64,000 nt of DNA. It comes from Balanoglossus misakiensis (taxonomy: Eukaryota > Animalia > Hemichordata). Below the pieces are notes generated by a model that worked only from the letters and a program-made list of their open reading frames with translations, searched no databases and was not told the origin of the DNA. The DNA is taken from positions 6,327,129 to 6,391,128 of the forward strand of contig CM082576.2 in the NCBI GenBank assembly GCA_040954595.2. The letters run 5' to 3'. The translations under genes were made by a program, and so were the position numbers. Positions 62,901 to 64,000 of the stretch are shown one piece after another; position 1 is the first letter of the stretch, and the number at the start of each line of letters is the position of its first letter.

Positions 62901-64000
62901 AAGGAAAGCCGAGAATGAAATGGGCAGAAAACATCGCCAGGACGCCAACCCAACAAAAGATGCAAGCGAAAGTCTATCAGGTATGGTTCGTAGCAGAGAT
63001 GCTGTTGGAAAGTGTACAGTCACGGATCAATCCCAGGACACCAGCGTAACAACAGATTGTAGTGGCAAAAGACCGTCTGCTGCAGTTTGTCAGAAAGATG
63101 CAGGCCCGCATCTTCCTTCCAAAGGTAATCACATGTCAACAAACATCGGCAAAGTCAAAACAAAGATTTGGTCTCCTGTCAGTGTCCAACCAGTGACTTC
63201 TGCAGTTAATCCATCAGAGAATGAACATTTGCTTGGAACAGTGGGAGATATACCAACGGAGAATGTGGACACCAGTCTGAGCAAGACAAATGTTGGGAAC
63301 TGTGGTTCGACCGAGGACGGCGTCATGACCATTAGTTTGGCAGAAAACAAATCTGCTACCAGGGATTTGCCAAACAGTGATGCTGACATTAGCCGCTTAG
63401 CAGTCAGCCAAGTCCAACCAACACCAAAACTGAGTCCACTGAAGACAGGGCCAGGAGAGGTCATCAGAAGCACTGATTCAGAAACGCGTGTTCAACCTGT
63501 CATTGAAAAAGTTGCCCAAATCCCAAAGTTCAGTGAAGCCACAATGCCAGAGTCCGTAGCTGACAAGTTCCTGGGGTCCACTGCGGATAGTAACAACCTT
63601 GAGTCCACTGTCGTCAAGACTACAAAGTCCTCCGACGTCAACATTTCAGGATCAGCTGATGAAACAAACTGGCCTTATTATAATAATACTGAGCGTGATA
63701 GCGTTATCCTTGTTGACAATACACCGATGGTATGTTATGATCAAAATTCCAACTGTACCTGCTATACGGACAATTTTGACAAGGGTGTAGATTTACAGAA
63801 GGGCAGTACCCAGTCACAGTTGGCCAGGGACATAGACAGTCAGTGTGGTGATGAGTCTGCCATCCTGCAAAGATGTCACGACGTTTCTGAAGATTATTTC
63901 AGTCTTTCACCAGTGTATCCGAATGGAGAAAACCAGTCTGGTATGGATGATGATATGTGGTTTGATGATGCTTTCGATAAACTTGATGTAACTCTGGCAA
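59698..64000 (+). CDS. ZNF292/RLF/ZNF654-family protein, N-terminal helical region plus long disordered exon; 3'-partial
   Basis: ATG-only first coding exon (59698-59700, then gtaagt); exons encode PWTDPTIVRIVKN, CLRNEGHRLLQSRIQAL...AVNLALCCSNHPVFG...LWCMC, MSCCNVVEVIREFEKE, RANIVQRLKMQRP...KWEDIDEDCKQLL, recalling the conserved N-terminal block of ZNF292/RLF/ZNF654. The exon from 61660 appears to stay open to the window end. No zinc fingers are visible in the window. Confidence 0.7.
59865..59952. repeat. (GAT)n microsatellite in the first coding intron of the ZNF292-like gene
   Basis: Direct reading; source of the poly-I ORF. Confidence 0.95.

Noticed and set aside
1-64000. CRISPR array, prokaryotic operon or contamination
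   Set aside because: No repeat-spacer arrays; the bacterial/viral-like domains (TIR, YqaJ) are split by spliceosomal introns and embedded among animal genes.

Overview
AT-rich, intron-containing eukaryotic (animal, most likely marine invertebrate) genomic DNA with about 13 tightly packed protein-coding genes, reconstructed by hand from GT/GC-AG splice sites and reading frame continuity. Left to right: a partial minus-strand gene with an N-terminal bacterial-type (TcpB/TIR_2-like) TIR domain; SRBD1 (-); BTB-BACK gene 1 (+); amnionless AMN (-); BTB-BACK genes 2 and 3 (+); PNPT1 (-); BTB-BACK gene 4 (+); WDR20 (-); a spliced stand-alone YqaJ/lambda-exonuclease-like gene (+); a CDADC1-like double deaminase (-); SIAE (+); and the 5' part of a ZNF292/RLF/ZNF654-family gene (+). 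Five gene pairs are head-to-head. Two non-autonomous DNA transposons with intact termini (a PIF/Harbinger-like MITE with TTA TSD and a P-element-like MITE with 7-bp TSD), several hairpins and microsatellites are present. No rRNA, tRNA or CRISPR array was seen. The most notable items are the TIR gene (largely missed by the ORF track), the intron-bearing YqaJ nuclease with intact catalytic motifs, the invertebrate CDADC1-like deaminase, and the four-member BTB-BACK-MATH-like cluster interleaved with conserved genes. Family assignments come from motif recognition, not from database searches.
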